From a bacterium (GTDB taxonomy: Bacteria; JAGOBX01; DAONJL01), in the NCBI GenBank assembly GCA_035405645.1, contig DAONJL010000009.1, positions 5,216 through 69,215 on the forward strand: 64,000 nt of DNA, read 5' to 3'. Shown in pieces: positions 19,933-29,703 of the stretch (positions are counted from its first letter, which is position 1; every line of letters starts with the position of its first letter). Both the position numbers and the translations under genes were made by a program. Under the pieces are notes generated by a model. That model ran no database searches, was not told the origin of the DNA, and saw only the letters and a list, made by a program, of their open reading frames with translations.

Positions 19933-21033
19933 ATGAATAAAAAATTTAAAAAAATAGTTATAAAAATAGGAACAAGTTTAATAACAAGAAATAATAATAG
20001 AGAAATAAACAAAGAATTTTTTGAAAATATAACAAATGAAATATCAAATCTAATGAAAGAAAAAAAAATAGTAATAGTATCATCAGGAGCAATTGGACTT
20101 GGAATGTTAGAATTAGGTTTAACAAAACGGCCCAAAAAAATAAGTGAAAAACAAGCAGTTGCAGCAATAGGTCAACCAATATTAATGAACATTTATGCTA
20201 ATTATTTTAAAAAGTACAATATAAAAACAGCACAATTATTATTAACTCATGGTGGTTTACAAAACAGAGAAAGATATATTAATGCAAGTAATACATTACA
20301 AGAACTAATAAAAGAAAAAGTAATACCAATAATAAATGAAAATGATACAGTAGCAACAGAAGAAATTAAATTTGGTGATAATGATAAATTAGCAGCATTA
20401 ACAGCAATTTTATTTGATGCTGATTTGCTTGTATTATTAACTGACATTGATGGTTTATATGCAAATATAAATGATAAAAATTCGTTAATAAATGAAGTAA
20501 GTGAAATAACAAAAAAAATAGAAGAATATGCCCAACCATCAAAGCGCGAAAGTACTGTTGGTGGTTTTAAATCAAAAATAGAAAGTGCAAAAATAGCTGT
20601 AAATTCTGGTGTTAATGTCTTAATCTGTAATGGAAAACAAAAAAATTCAATCACAAAATTTTTAAATGGAGAAAAAATTGGAACATATTTTAAAGCAAAA
20701 GAGAATGGTTTAAAAGGAAAGAAAAAATATATTGCATATAACTTAAAGAGATGTGGTGAAATTATAATTGATGAAGGAGCAAAAATAGCACTAATAGAAA
20801 AAAATAAATCTTTACTTCCATCAGGAATAATAAATATTAAAGGCAATTTTAATTTTGGTGATTGTGTTTCAATTATTTTTAATAATAAAGAAATTGGTTG
20901 TGGCTTAGTTAATTATGATGCTGAATTTATAAAAAAATTAAAAGGTTTAAAATCAGCAGAAATAAAAAATAAATATAATGATAAATATATTCAAGAAGAG
21001 GTAATACATAAAGATAATCTTGTAATATTTTAA
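19933..21033 (+). CDS. proB: Glutamate 5-kinase with PUA domain
   Basis: IVIKIGTSLIT and VVSSGAIGLG amino-acid-kinase motifs. C-terminal PUA-like region. 366 aa. Confidence 0.85.
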   Translation: MNKKFKKIVIKIGTSLITRNNNREINKEFFENITNEISNLMKEKKIVIVSSGAIGLGMLELGLTKRPKKISEKQAVAAIGQPILMNIYANYFKKYNIKTAQLLLTHGGLQNRERYINASNTLQELIKEKVIPIINENDTVATEEIKFGDNDKLAALTAILFDADLLVLLTDIDGLYANINDKNSLINEVSEITKKIEEYAQPSKRESTVGGFKSKIESAKIAVNSGVNVLICNGKQKNSITKFLNGEKIGTYFKAKENGLKGKKKYIAYNLKRCGEIIIDEGAKIALIEKNKSLLPSGIINIKGNFNFGDCVSIIFNNKEIGCGLVNYDAEFIKKLKGLKSAEIKNKYNDKYIQEEVIHKDNLVIF

Positions 21034-21061
21034 AGTTCCTTTAATTAATAACAAAATAATT

Positions 21062-22654
21062 CTATGCTCTATATTCTAAAAAAAGGTAGACCATTGTGTA
21101 TTTATTTACTTTACTAAAAAAGAAAATGTATCCTTTTAATAAGGATACTAATCTTTTAACAATAGCAAGACCAAGACCAGAACCTAAATGTTTTTTTTCA
21201 GAATGAAATTGTTGAAATTCTGAGCCAATTTTACTAATACATTCTTTTGGTATTCCTGCTCCTGTATCATATACTATAATTTTAATATAATTTATTTCTG
21301 TTGGAAGTAAGAAACGCCTGTAATCATATTTACTTGCCTGTCGAACAAAAATTTTAATAAAACCTTTATCAGTAAATTTAACAGAATTTGAAAGTAAATT
21401 TAAAATTATTTCTCTAATTTTTTCTATATCACTTTTAATATTTTTAATATTTTTATCCACATCAATACTAAATTTTAAGCCTTTATTTTCTATTTCATTT
21501 TTTGTTATTTGATAACATTCATTAATAAGTTCAGAAATATCAAAATAATCAAGATATACAGGCACTTTACGTGCTTCTAATTTTGATATTTCAAGAATAG
21601 AATTAATTATTTTTAATAAAAAATTCGATTGAGATATTATCATATTCAGGTCTTCTTTATTTCGCTCACCAAGTATTGAATAACAATCTTCTTTTAAAAA
21701 ATTTGCATAACCAATAATTGAATTAAGTGGAGTTTTTAATTCGTGTCCCATACTTGATAAATAATCAGATTTTATTTTATTTGCTTCTTCTAATTTTTTA
21801 TTTATTTCATTTATTCTATCTCTTTGATAAATTAAATTTTGATTTGTTATTTCAAGTTCTTTTTCGTGTTCCTTTAACTTTTTTAACATTTGTTTAAATG
21901 AACTGGCTAAATATGATATTTCATCATTTGTTTGTGGTATAATAATTTGGCGCGAAAAATCGCCATTTTCAATTGCTTTCATAACAGCAATTAAATTAAA
22001 TAAAGGCCGTGTGATATTTATTGCAAAAGAAAAATTTAATAATAGACTCACTAAAAAAATAAATAATAAAAAAATTAAACCATAAACAATTACTTTTAAA
22101 AATAATCTATTAATATAATGAAGATAATAATTCATTTCAGATTTTGATTTTGAATAAAGAGCATTTAATTTTAGATTGAGTGAATTAACTTTATTTTTCA
22201 ATTTCTCTATTACAAAATCTAAATTCTCTTTGTATATTATTTTTTCTTGTGGTATTTGTGTCTGTTCTATTTTTAATAAAAATTTTTCTATCGAAGAATA
22301 ATCAGAATAAATTTCATTTGTAATAATAATTATTTCTTTCAATGATTCAATTTTTTGGTCATATTTTTCACGCTCAATATTTTGTATAAATAACTGAATT
22401 TCATATATTCCTTTTATTAAATAATTTTTAAAAAGTATCAAATTGTTAAAATTATAATGTTCAATTGCAAGTGAAATATTTTTATCAAATTCTTTAAATC
22501 TTGATAATTCTATATTTAATCTTAATATATTTGATGTTGCTATTAATGTTTTTTGAATTTTAGCAAAAATAATAATAAATAAAATAGCAAACGAAATAAT
22601 TATAAGTAAAATAATAATTGATTGCATTAAAACAATTTTATTCTTTATTTCCAT
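21062..22654 (-). CDS. Membrane sensor histidine kinase with HAMP domain
   Basis: Two TM helices. H-box MGHELKTPLNSIIGY. N/G boxes (NLLSNSVKFT, VYDTGAGIP, GSGLGLAIV). Confidence 0.75.
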   Translation of the reverse strand: MEIKNKIVLMQSIIILLIIISFAILFIIIFAKIQKTLIATSNILRLNIELSRFKEFDKNISLAIEHYNFNNLILFKNYLIKGIYEIQLFIQNIEREKYDQKIESLKEIIIITNEIYSDYSSIEKFLLKIEQTQIPQEKIIYKENLDFVIEKLKNKVNSLNLKLNALYSKSKSEMNYYLHYINRLFLKVIVYGLIFLLFIFLVSLLLNFSFAINITRPLFNLIAVMKAIENGDFSRQIIIPQTNDEISYLASSFKQMLKKLKEHEKELEITNQNLIYQRDRINEINKKLEEANKIKSDYLSSMGHELKTPLNSIIGYANFLKEDCYSILGERNKEDLNMIISQSNFLLKIINSILEISKLEARKVPVYLDYFDISELINECYQITKNEIENKGLKFSIDVDKNIKNIKSDIEKIREIILNLLSNSVKFTDKGFIKIFVRQASKYDYRRFLLPTEINYIKIIVYDTGAGIPKECISKIGSEFQQFHSEKKHLGSGLGLAIVKRLVSLLKGYIFFFSKVNKYTMVYLFLEYRA

Positions 22655-22676
22655 ACTTTTTTAAAAAAATTATAAT

Positions 22677-23036
22677 TTATTTGTTTTCTTCTATATCTAT
22701 ACTTTCAATATATAGTTGATTGCCTGTAATAATTTCAATATTATTTGAATAACATTTATTACATATAAATATTGGTTCTGTAATTTCAAATTCATTTGAA
22801 CATTCAATACATTTTATAATTGCTGGTTGTGAAATAATATTTAATTTTGTATTTTGAAATATTGTATCCTTTGCTATAATTTTAAAACAATCTTCAAATA
22901 TGTCTGGAAAAATCCAATTTAATTTTCCTATTACTATATTTATTGAATTTATTTTTTTATTTTCCAGATTGTATTTTTCTTTTATCTCATTATTTAAAAT
23001 ATTAAATAAATTTGAGCAAATACTAAATTCATGCAT
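22677..23036 (-). CDS. hypA: Hydrogenase nickel-insertion protein HypA/HybF
   Basis: Starts MHEFSIC, the HypA hallmark. Zinc ribbon CIEC...CNKC. 119 aa. Confidence 0.65.
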   Translation of the reverse strand: MHEFSICSNLFNILNNEIKEKYNLENKKINSINIVIGKLNWIFPDIFEDCFKIIAKDTIFQNTKLNIISQPAIIKCIECSNEFEITEPIFICNKCYSNNIEIITGNQLYIESIDIEENK

Positions 23037-23042
23037 ATAAAT

Positions 23043-23768
23043 TTATAAAGTAAAATTATGTCCTAAATATATTTCCCGCGCTGTTGGGTCATTTGCTAAT
23101 TTATTTGCATCACCTGATAAAAAAATTTCACCATCTGAAATCATATATGCTCTATCAACAACTTCAAGTGTTTCACGAACTTTATGGTCAGTAATCAATA
23201 CACCTATATTTTTTTCTTTTAATTTTTTTATTATATTTTGAATATCAATTACTCGGATTGGGTCAACTCCTGCGAATGGTTCATCAAGTAATAAAAAGGA
23301 TGGATTTAATACAAGTGCACGTGCTATTTCTACGCGCCTGCGTTCACCACCGGATAATTGTGTTCCTAAATTTTTTGCTATATGTGCAATATTCATTTCT
23401 TCGATTAATTTATCTTTTATTTCTTTTCGTTCTTTTTTTGATAAATTTGTAAATTCTAAAACTGCGAGAATATTTTCTTCTACTGTAAGCTTTCTAAAAA
23501 CTGATGATTCCTGTGGTAAATAACCTATACCTTTTCTTGCTCGTTGATACATTGGTAAATTTGTAATATCTTCATTATCTAAATAAATTGAACCATCATT
23601 TGGTTTTATTAAGCCAACAATCATATAAAATGTTGTTGTTTTACCTGCACCATTTGGCCCTAATAAACCAACTATTTCGCCCTGTTTTAAATTCATACTA
23701 ATTCCGCGCACTACTTCTCTTTTCTTATATAATTTTCTTAAATTTTTTACAATTAGTTCTCTATTCAT
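23043..23768 (-). CDS. lptB: LPS export ABC transporter ATP-binding protein
   Basis: Walker A GPNGAGKTT. Signature LSGGERRRVEIARAL. Walker B LLLDEP. 241 aa. Confidence 0.8.
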   Translation of the reverse strand: MNRELIVKNLRKLYKKREVVRGISMNLKQGEIVGLLGPNGAGKTTTFYMIVGLIKPNDGSIYLDNEDITNLPMYQRARKGIGYLPQESSVFRKLTVEENILAVLEFTNLSKKERKEIKDKLIEEMNIAHIAKNLGTQLSGGERRRVEIARALVLNPSFLLLDEPFAGVDPIRVIDIQNIIKKLKEKNIGVLITDHKVRETLEVVDRAYMISDGEIFLSGDANKLANDPTAREIYLGHNFTL

Positions 23769-25155
23769 TTTTTATATTCTCTATATTTAACATTGAATTA
23801 TTCAAATTTAAAAAAACCATTTTGTCAATTTTTTTATTTTGATTATAATATACTTTGCATTTCTCTGAATTCATTTCATCATTATTTACTATATTTACCA
23901 TCTTTAAATTATTATAAATTGAAATAGTGTCTAAATCACCAATGAGTAAATCACCAAAAAATTTATAATCATCTTTCTGCGCAATTATATTTTTCTTAAT
24001 AATTATTTGGTTTACTTTTTTTTGTTTATCAAAATTTATTTCAAAATTATCAGCTATTATTTCATTCTTTTCATTTATAAAAATTTTACTTCTATCAAGA
24101 ATAAAAATTTTGCTGATTAAATCATTTAACCATTCACATTTAATTTTTATTTCATTTAATATATTCACAAAATGAATTATTTCATTATCTGTTTTATAAT
24201 CTATATAAAATGTATTAGCAACAATATTTTTAATTTTATTCTGAACAAAATTAAAATTTGATTTTCTTCCATTTATGATAATTGTATCATTGTTAATTAA
24301 AAATTTATCTTTGAAAATTATTTCATTTATTGTCTGGTCTTCATTTAATTTTATTAACATATCATTTGTTTGCCCATTATAAATATCATAATTAAATCTT
24401 ACATTTTGAATAAAATTTAATGAGTTAATTTTATTTTGCATTATGAAATTTATAAATAATGTATCACTTAATATTTTATTCTGATAATATAGAAGCTTAT
24501 TTTTACCAAAGCCAGAAAAACTTTTAAAATTATTTTTTTCATCAATAAATATTTCTGAAAAATCATTTTGGAGTGTATAATCATTATATATAAATGAAAC
24601 ATCACCAGTTAATTTAATATAGCCTTTATTTACATAATACTCTGCTCTATTTGATTTAACATACTGATTTTTATATGTTCTGTTTTTTAATTGAAATTCA
24701 TTTAAAAATTTTATATATTCTTTGTTATCAAAATATTTTATGCCTTTACAAAATAATTCATTGTTCTCTTTTATTACTGTAACATAAGTATCATTAGAAA
24801 GTGATAAATCAGAATTATCCCAAAACAAATATTCTGTATTTATTATTACACCATTTACATTTTTTACATTTACATTATTTCGTATCTCAATATTCTTATT
24901 TTTAAAAATTGTTCCATTTAATCCAGTAATTGTTGCGCTTTTTGTGCCACCTTTATATAATATTAAATAAAAATTCTTGACTAATATATTTTCATTTTTT
25001 AAAACACTTGCTTGTTTGGCATTTAAATCCCACAATTTTTCAGATTCTTTCATTTCTGAAATTACAAAATCTTTTATATCATATAATTTTTCATTAGCAA
25101 AAATATTTATATTAGCAAAAACCAAAAAAATAATTAGTAAGATTATTTTCAGCAT
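23761..25155 (-). CDS. Secreted periplasmic protein. An LptA/LptC(OstA)-like role is suggested only by its position upstream of lptB.
   Basis: Signal peptide. 8-nt overlap with lptB. No motif I can name. Confidence 0.3.
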   Translation of the reverse strand: MLKIILLIIFLVFANINIFANEKLYDIKDFVISEMKESEKLWDLNAKQASVLKNENILVKNFYLILYKGGTKSATITGLNGTIFKNKNIEIRNNVNVKNVNGVIINTEYLFWDNSDLSLSNDTYVTVIKENNELFCKGIKYFDNKEYIKFLNEFQLKNRTYKNQYVKSNRAEYYVNKGYIKLTGDVSFIYNDYTLQNDFSEIFIDEKNNFKSFSGFGKNKLLYYQNKILSDTLFINFIMQNKINSLNFIQNVRFNYDIYNGQTNDMLIKLNEDQTINEIIFKDKFLINNDTIIINGRKSNFNFVQNKIKNIVANTFYIDYKTDNEIIHFVNILNEIKIKCEWLNDLISKIFILDRSKIFINEKNEIIADNFEINFDKQKKVNQIIIKKNIIAQKDDYKFFGDLLIGDLDTISIYNNLKMVNIVNNDEMNSEKCKVYYNQNKKIDKMVFLNLNNSMLNIENIKNE

Positions 25156-25158
25156 AAT

Positions 25159-26100
25159 TTATTTATTAAAACTCCAATCTATTATTTTCCCTTCTTTTGA
25201 AGTAATTATTTTTAACATAAAAGGTGCTTCTTTTCGCCTTATAAAAAATTTCGGCAATTTGCCTTTAATATGAAATCTTAAATCTTTCAAAATTATTTCA
25301 TTGTAATCAGCATATACTTTTTTTTCATAAACAGGAAATGATGTGAACCATAAATATGTTTTTAAAAATTTTAATTGTTTATATAATTCATTTATTTCAG
25401 CATCATTAAAATTTGCTTTTTTATATTTCTCATTTGAATTATTAAATTTTGAAAATTCTGTAATTTGATTTGTTTTATAATATCCATCATCATCAATAAT
25501 AATTCGCCAGTTTATTGGTGTAAATAAAACTGGAACAAAATAAACATTTTTTGTTTCTAATGAATAATATTTATCTTTCAAAATAATTAAACTAATAAAA
25601 TTTAATAAAGGATAAAAGAAAATATAAATAAAACCAATAATAAGAAATAATCTTTTTTTTGTTGCTAAAAATAAAAGCAAGAAAAATAATAAAGGTAAAG
25701 TATATAAAAAATCAATAATAAAAACAAGATTTAATGAAAAACGTTTATTTGAAAAAGGCAATAAAATTTGTGTTCCATAGGAAGTAATTAAATCCAGAAA
25801 AATATGAATAAATAAAGTTAATAAAGAAAAAAAATAACATTGCCAGAATTTTTCTTTCTTATGAAAAAAAATAAAAGTTAAAAAAAAAGCCAAAAAAAAA
25901 GCACCAAAAATTGAATGTGTAATACCACGATGATGAATTAAAGAAAATTCAAAAGAAATAAAAGAAGTTAATGCGTCAATATCAGGAAAAATAGATGCAA
26001 TAATTATTGTATTTCTAAATCTATTTTTTTCATTATTAAATCTTTCTGAAAAAAGATTATAGATAATATATCCAGATGATAAATGTGTAATTGGTTCCAT
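25159..26100 (-). CDS. Membrane-bound metal-dependent hydrolase (YdjM/DUF457-like)
   Basis: N-terminal MEPITHLSSGY...FPDIDAL...HHRGITHS is the YdjM H/D/H-RG-TH pattern. Multiple TM helices. Confidence 0.55.
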   Translation of the reverse strand: MEPITHLSSGYIIYNLFSERFNNEKNRFRNTIIIASIFPDIDALTSFISFEFSLIHHRGITHSIFGAFFLAFFLTFIFFHKKEKFWQCYFFSLLTLFIHIFLDLITSYGTQILLPFSNKRFSLNLVFIIDFLYTLPLLFFLLLFLATKKRLFLIIGFIYIFFYPLLNFISLIILKDKYYSLETKNVYFVPVLFTPINWRIIIDDDGYYKTNQITEFSKFNNSNEKYKKANFNDAEINELYKQLKFLKTYLWFTSFPVYEKKVYADYNEIILKDLRFHIKGKLPKFFIRRKEAPFMLKIITSKEGKIIDWSFNK

Positions 26101-26103
26101 TTA

Positions 26104-27825
26104 TTAAGCGTTTTTTAAGTTATTAATAATTTTTTTTATTTCTGTTACTAATGCTGAAATTTCAATTTTATGTTTTATCTTTTCTTTTCGCAAAGCAATT
26201 TCCACACAATTTTCCTGTAAATTTTTTTTACCAATTATTATTTTTATTGGTATGCCAATTAAATCAGCATCTTTAAATTTAAAGCCCGGCGAAACATTTC
26301 TATCATCAAATAGAACTTCATAATTATTTGCTAATAATTCTTGATATATTTTTTCACCAACATTAAATTCATCTGTATTTTCTTTATTTAATGGTATAAC
26401 AATAATTTGAAAAGGTGCAATTTCAATAGGCCAGATAATTCCATCTTCGTCATTATTCTGTTCTATTGCTGCTGCAATTATTCGTGTTATACCTATGCCA
26501 TAACATCCCATTACCATTTCCTTTAATTTTCCATCAGGTGCAGCAAATAAACATTTTAATGCTTTTGAATATTTAGTTCCTAATTTAAAAATTTGACCAA
26601 CTTCAATACCACGATATTCTTCTAATATTTTGCCACATTTAATACATTTATCACCTTTTTTAATTATTGCTAAATCAAAAAATTTATCTATTTTTAAATC
26701 TGATAAATTTACATTTTTATAATGATAATTTGTTACATTTGCACCACAAATAAAATTTTGTAATTTCATTATTGATTTATCAGCAATAATTTTTACATTA
26801 TCTGGCAAACCAATAGGACCAGCAAATCCTACTTCTGCTCTTGTTATTTTCTTTGTTGTTTCATTATCAGTCATTTCAATAATATCAACATCAAGAGCCT
26901 GTCTTAATTTGGCTTCATTTATTTCTCTATCACCACGAATTAAAACTGCAAATATTTGTTCGTTACTTTTATATAAAATTGTTTTTACTAATTTATATGA
27001 TTTAACATTAAAAAATTCTGATACTTCATCAACTGTCTTTTTTTCTGGTGTAAAAACTTTTTCGATTTGTAATTTTTCCTCTTCTTCTTCAATTTCTTCA
27101 ATTATTCCTTCGGCAGTTTCAACAGTCGCAGCATAACCACAATTATTATCAGGACAACTTAAAACAAGTGATTCACCACTATCAGCGAGCACCATAAATT
27201 CATGTGTTGTTTTGCCACCAATTGCACCAGAATCAGCAAGCACTGCGCGAAATCTTAAACCACATCTTTTAAAAATATTTGAATATGTTTGAAACATTAT
27301 ATCATAATACTCATCTAAAGACTTTTCATCAGTATGAAAACTATATGCATCTTTCATAATAAATTCACGAGCACGCATAACACCAAATCGCGGTCTTATT
27401 TCATCACGAAATTTTGTCTGTATTTGAAATAAACATATTGGTAGTTCTTTATATGACTTGATTTCATTTCTCACTAAATCAGTAATTATTTCTTCGTGTG
27501 TTGGACCAAGTGCAAAATCTCTATTATGCCTATCTTTCATTCGCATTAGTTCTTTTCCATAAACATTCCATCTTCCACTTTCCTGCCATAATTCTGCAGG
27601 TGATAAAATTGGTAATAATAATTCAATTGCTCCTGCTTTTTCCATTTCTGTGCGAACAATATTTTCAATTTTTTTTATAATACGAAAACAAATTGGTAAA
27701 TAATTATAAATACCAGCAGATAATTTTCTAATTAAACCAGCACGAACCATTAATTTATGGCTAATTATTTCCGCATCAGATGGTGCTTCTTTTAATGTTG
27801 GAATAAAATATTTAGATAATCTCAT
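26104..27825 (-). CDS. proS: Prolyl-tRNA synthetase (bacterial type with INS domain)
   Basis: MRLSKYFIPTLKEAPSDAEIISHKLMVRAGLIRKL N-terminus. Class II motifs. 573 aa. Confidence 0.9.
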   Translation of the reverse strand: MRLSKYFIPTLKEAPSDAEIISHKLMVRAGLIRKLSAGIYNYLPICFRIIKKIENIVRTEMEKAGAIELLLPILSPAELWQESGRWNVYGKELMRMKDRHNRDFALGPTHEEIITDLVRNEIKSYKELPICLFQIQTKFRDEIRPRFGVMRAREFIMKDAYSFHTDEKSLDEYYDIMFQTYSNIFKRCGLRFRAVLADSGAIGGKTTHEFMVLADSGESLVLSCPDNNCGYAATVETAEGIIEEIEEEEEKLQIEKVFTPEKKTVDEVSEFFNVKSYKLVKTILYKSNEQIFAVLIRGDREINEAKLRQALDVDIIEMTDNETTKKITRAEVGFAGPIGLPDNVKIIADKSIMKLQNFICGANVTNYHYKNVNLSDLKIDKFFDLAIIKKGDKCIKCGKILEEYRGIEVGQIFKLGTKYSKALKCLFAAPDGKLKEMVMGCYGIGITRIIAAAIEQNNDEDGIIWPIEIAPFQIIVIPLNKENTDEFNVGEKIYQELLANNYEVLFDDRNVSPGFKFKDADLIGIPIKIIIGKKNLQENCVEIALRKEKIKHKIEISALVTEIKKIINNLKNA

Positions 27826-27854
27826 TTTATTTTCTTCCTCCTAAAACAAATAAT

Positions 27855-29669
27855 TCAGTTTTTACGATACTCTGCAACTTTGTTTAATATTTCGATTAAA
27901 TCTTCATTAGTAAATGGTTTTTGAAGAAAGGCAAAAATTCCATCTAATAGATATTTTTCAATATCAAGATTTAATTTACCAGAAATAAATATAACTGGAA
28001 TATAATTTTTTATTTCTTTAATTTTTTTGAATAACACTTCACCACTCATTTCAGGTAAAAGCAAATCAAGAAAAATAACATCAAAATCATTTGTAAAAAT
28101 TAAAGATAACGCTTCTTTACTTACATTGGAAGTTATGACATTTTTTATACCATATTGCAAAAGGACATTTTTAAATAATTCTGTAAACTCAATCTCATCA
28201 TCAACAATTAATACTTTTAATTTTTTACATTTTTTAGATAATTTTATTAAATTTTTTTTATCATCAGATTTTTTATTATTTATAAAATCAGCAACCGGTA
28301 AAGTGATAGTAAAAGTAGTGCCTTTATTTACTTCACTTTCAACATCAATAATTCCATTATGATTTTGAATAATCATATAAATAATAGACAAACCTAAACC
28401 AGTGCCTTTTAAACCATAACTATCCTGTGAATGTGCACCTTTGGTTGTAAAAAATGGTTCAAAAATTTTTTTCTTTATATCATCAGCCATACCAATACCA
28501 GTATCCTGAAATATAATAACAATTTTATCTTCAATTTGTTTTGTCTCAATAATAATTTTCCCGCTACCTTTTGGTTTAATTGCATCACGAGCATTTAATA
28601 TTAAATTTAATATCACCTGTTGCATCTGTATCTTATCTATATTAACTAATGAATGTGTATAATAGTTACATATAATTTCTATATTCTCTAATTGCAATTG
28701 TTTCTTTTGCATATTTATTACTTCATTTATCACATCTTCAATTTTACAATAATTTTTTTGAGGTTCTTTTGGGGAAGCAAATTGTAATAATCGTGAAACA
28801 ATATCACTGCCAATTTTTGTTTGGCGTTCTATTGTCTGTAATAATTTTATTGCTTTTGAATGCAAATTTTTAATTCGTTTTTGATGATATAACGATAACA
28901 ATTGTGTATTACCTAATATAATTCCAAGTATATTATTAAATTCGTGAGAAATACCTGCTGCTAATTGTCCAACTGCTGTTAATTTTTCTGTTTGTAATAA
29001 TTGATTTTGTAATCTAATTTTTTCAGTAACATTTACAATAATTCCAACTGTTCCTACTTTCTTTTGAGAATTATTTTCATTTTTTAAATATGAACCTGCT
29101 GCTACAACTTCACCATAAGAAGTTAAAATTCCATAAGTTTCATCTTCTTTACTTTCTTTTGGAATTAATCTTATTAACAAATTTGATGTCTTTCTTGAAC
29201 CTGTTCTTCGTTCATCAAATAATTTAGGTGAATATTTAGAACCTGTGATTTTTCCTTTATATTTTGGTAATACATATTTCCTGCTTATTTTTTCTAAATC
29301 ATCAGGATGGACAATTACACTAAAATGTTTTCCTATTAATTCTTCCTTTTTATAACCAAGTGATTTTATTTCATCATTAACATAAGTAAAAAAACCATTT
29401 TCATCTATTTTATAAACTATCACTGGTAATGCAGATAATAAATTTTCATAAGCCTTTATTTTCTCATTTATTAATTTTTTATAACTTTTTTTAGTTTTTT
29501 GAATTGCTAATAATTCATTATTTATTTTTATTTCTTCTTCTATTTTTTCTTTTTCATTTTTTAATGCTATATAATTTTTTCTTAAATTTTGTAATTCAAC
29601 TTTGACTTTGATTAATTCATTTATTATTTCTTCTTTTGTAGCATTTTTATAATAGTTAGAAATATTCAT
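27855..29669 (-). CDS. Cytoplasmic hybrid sensor histidine kinase (coiled-coil, PAS, HisKA, HATPase, C-terminal REC)
   Basis: H-box HEFNNILGIILGNTQLL. FQDTGIGM and GTGLGLSI blocks. C-terminal VLIVDDE...FLDLLLPEMSG receiver. No TM segment. Confidence 0.75.
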   Translation of the reverse strand: MNISNYYKNATKEEIINELIKVKVELQNLRKNYIALKNEKEKIEEEIKINNELLAIQKTKKSYKKLINEKIKAYENLLSALPVIVYKIDENGFFTYVNDEIKSLGYKKEELIGKHFSVIVHPDDLEKISRKYVLPKYKGKITGSKYSPKLFDERRTGSRKTSNLLIRLIPKESKEDETYGILTSYGEVVAAGSYLKNENNSQKKVGTVGIIVNVTEKIRLQNQLLQTEKLTAVGQLAAGISHEFNNILGIILGNTQLLSLYHQKRIKNLHSKAIKLLQTIERQTKIGSDIVSRLLQFASPKEPQKNYCKIEDVINEVINMQKKQLQLENIEIICNYYTHSLVNIDKIQMQQVILNLILNARDAIKPKGSGKIIIETKQIEDKIVIIFQDTGIGMADDIKKKIFEPFFTTKGAHSQDSYGLKGTGLGLSIIYMIIQNHNGIIDVESEVNKGTTFTITLPVADFINNKKSDDKKNLIKLSKKCKKLKVLIVDDEIEFTELFKNVLLQYGIKNVITSNVSKEALSLIFTNDFDVIFLDLLLPEMSGEVLFKKIKEIKNYIPVIFISGKLNLDIEKYLLDGIFAFLQKPFTNEDLIEILNKVAEYRKN

Positions 29670-29703
29670 TATTTTTCTCCTTTTTTTAGTTCAATTTTTT
29701 TTA

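Noticed and set aside
21128-21148. Perfect 8-bp hairpin GTATCCTT-ttaat-AAGGATAC near the proB/histidine-kinase convergent junction
   Set aside because: It lies inside the histidine-kinase coding sequence (C-terminal LKGYIFF region) and is not followed by a U-tract on either strand, so it is not called a terminator.
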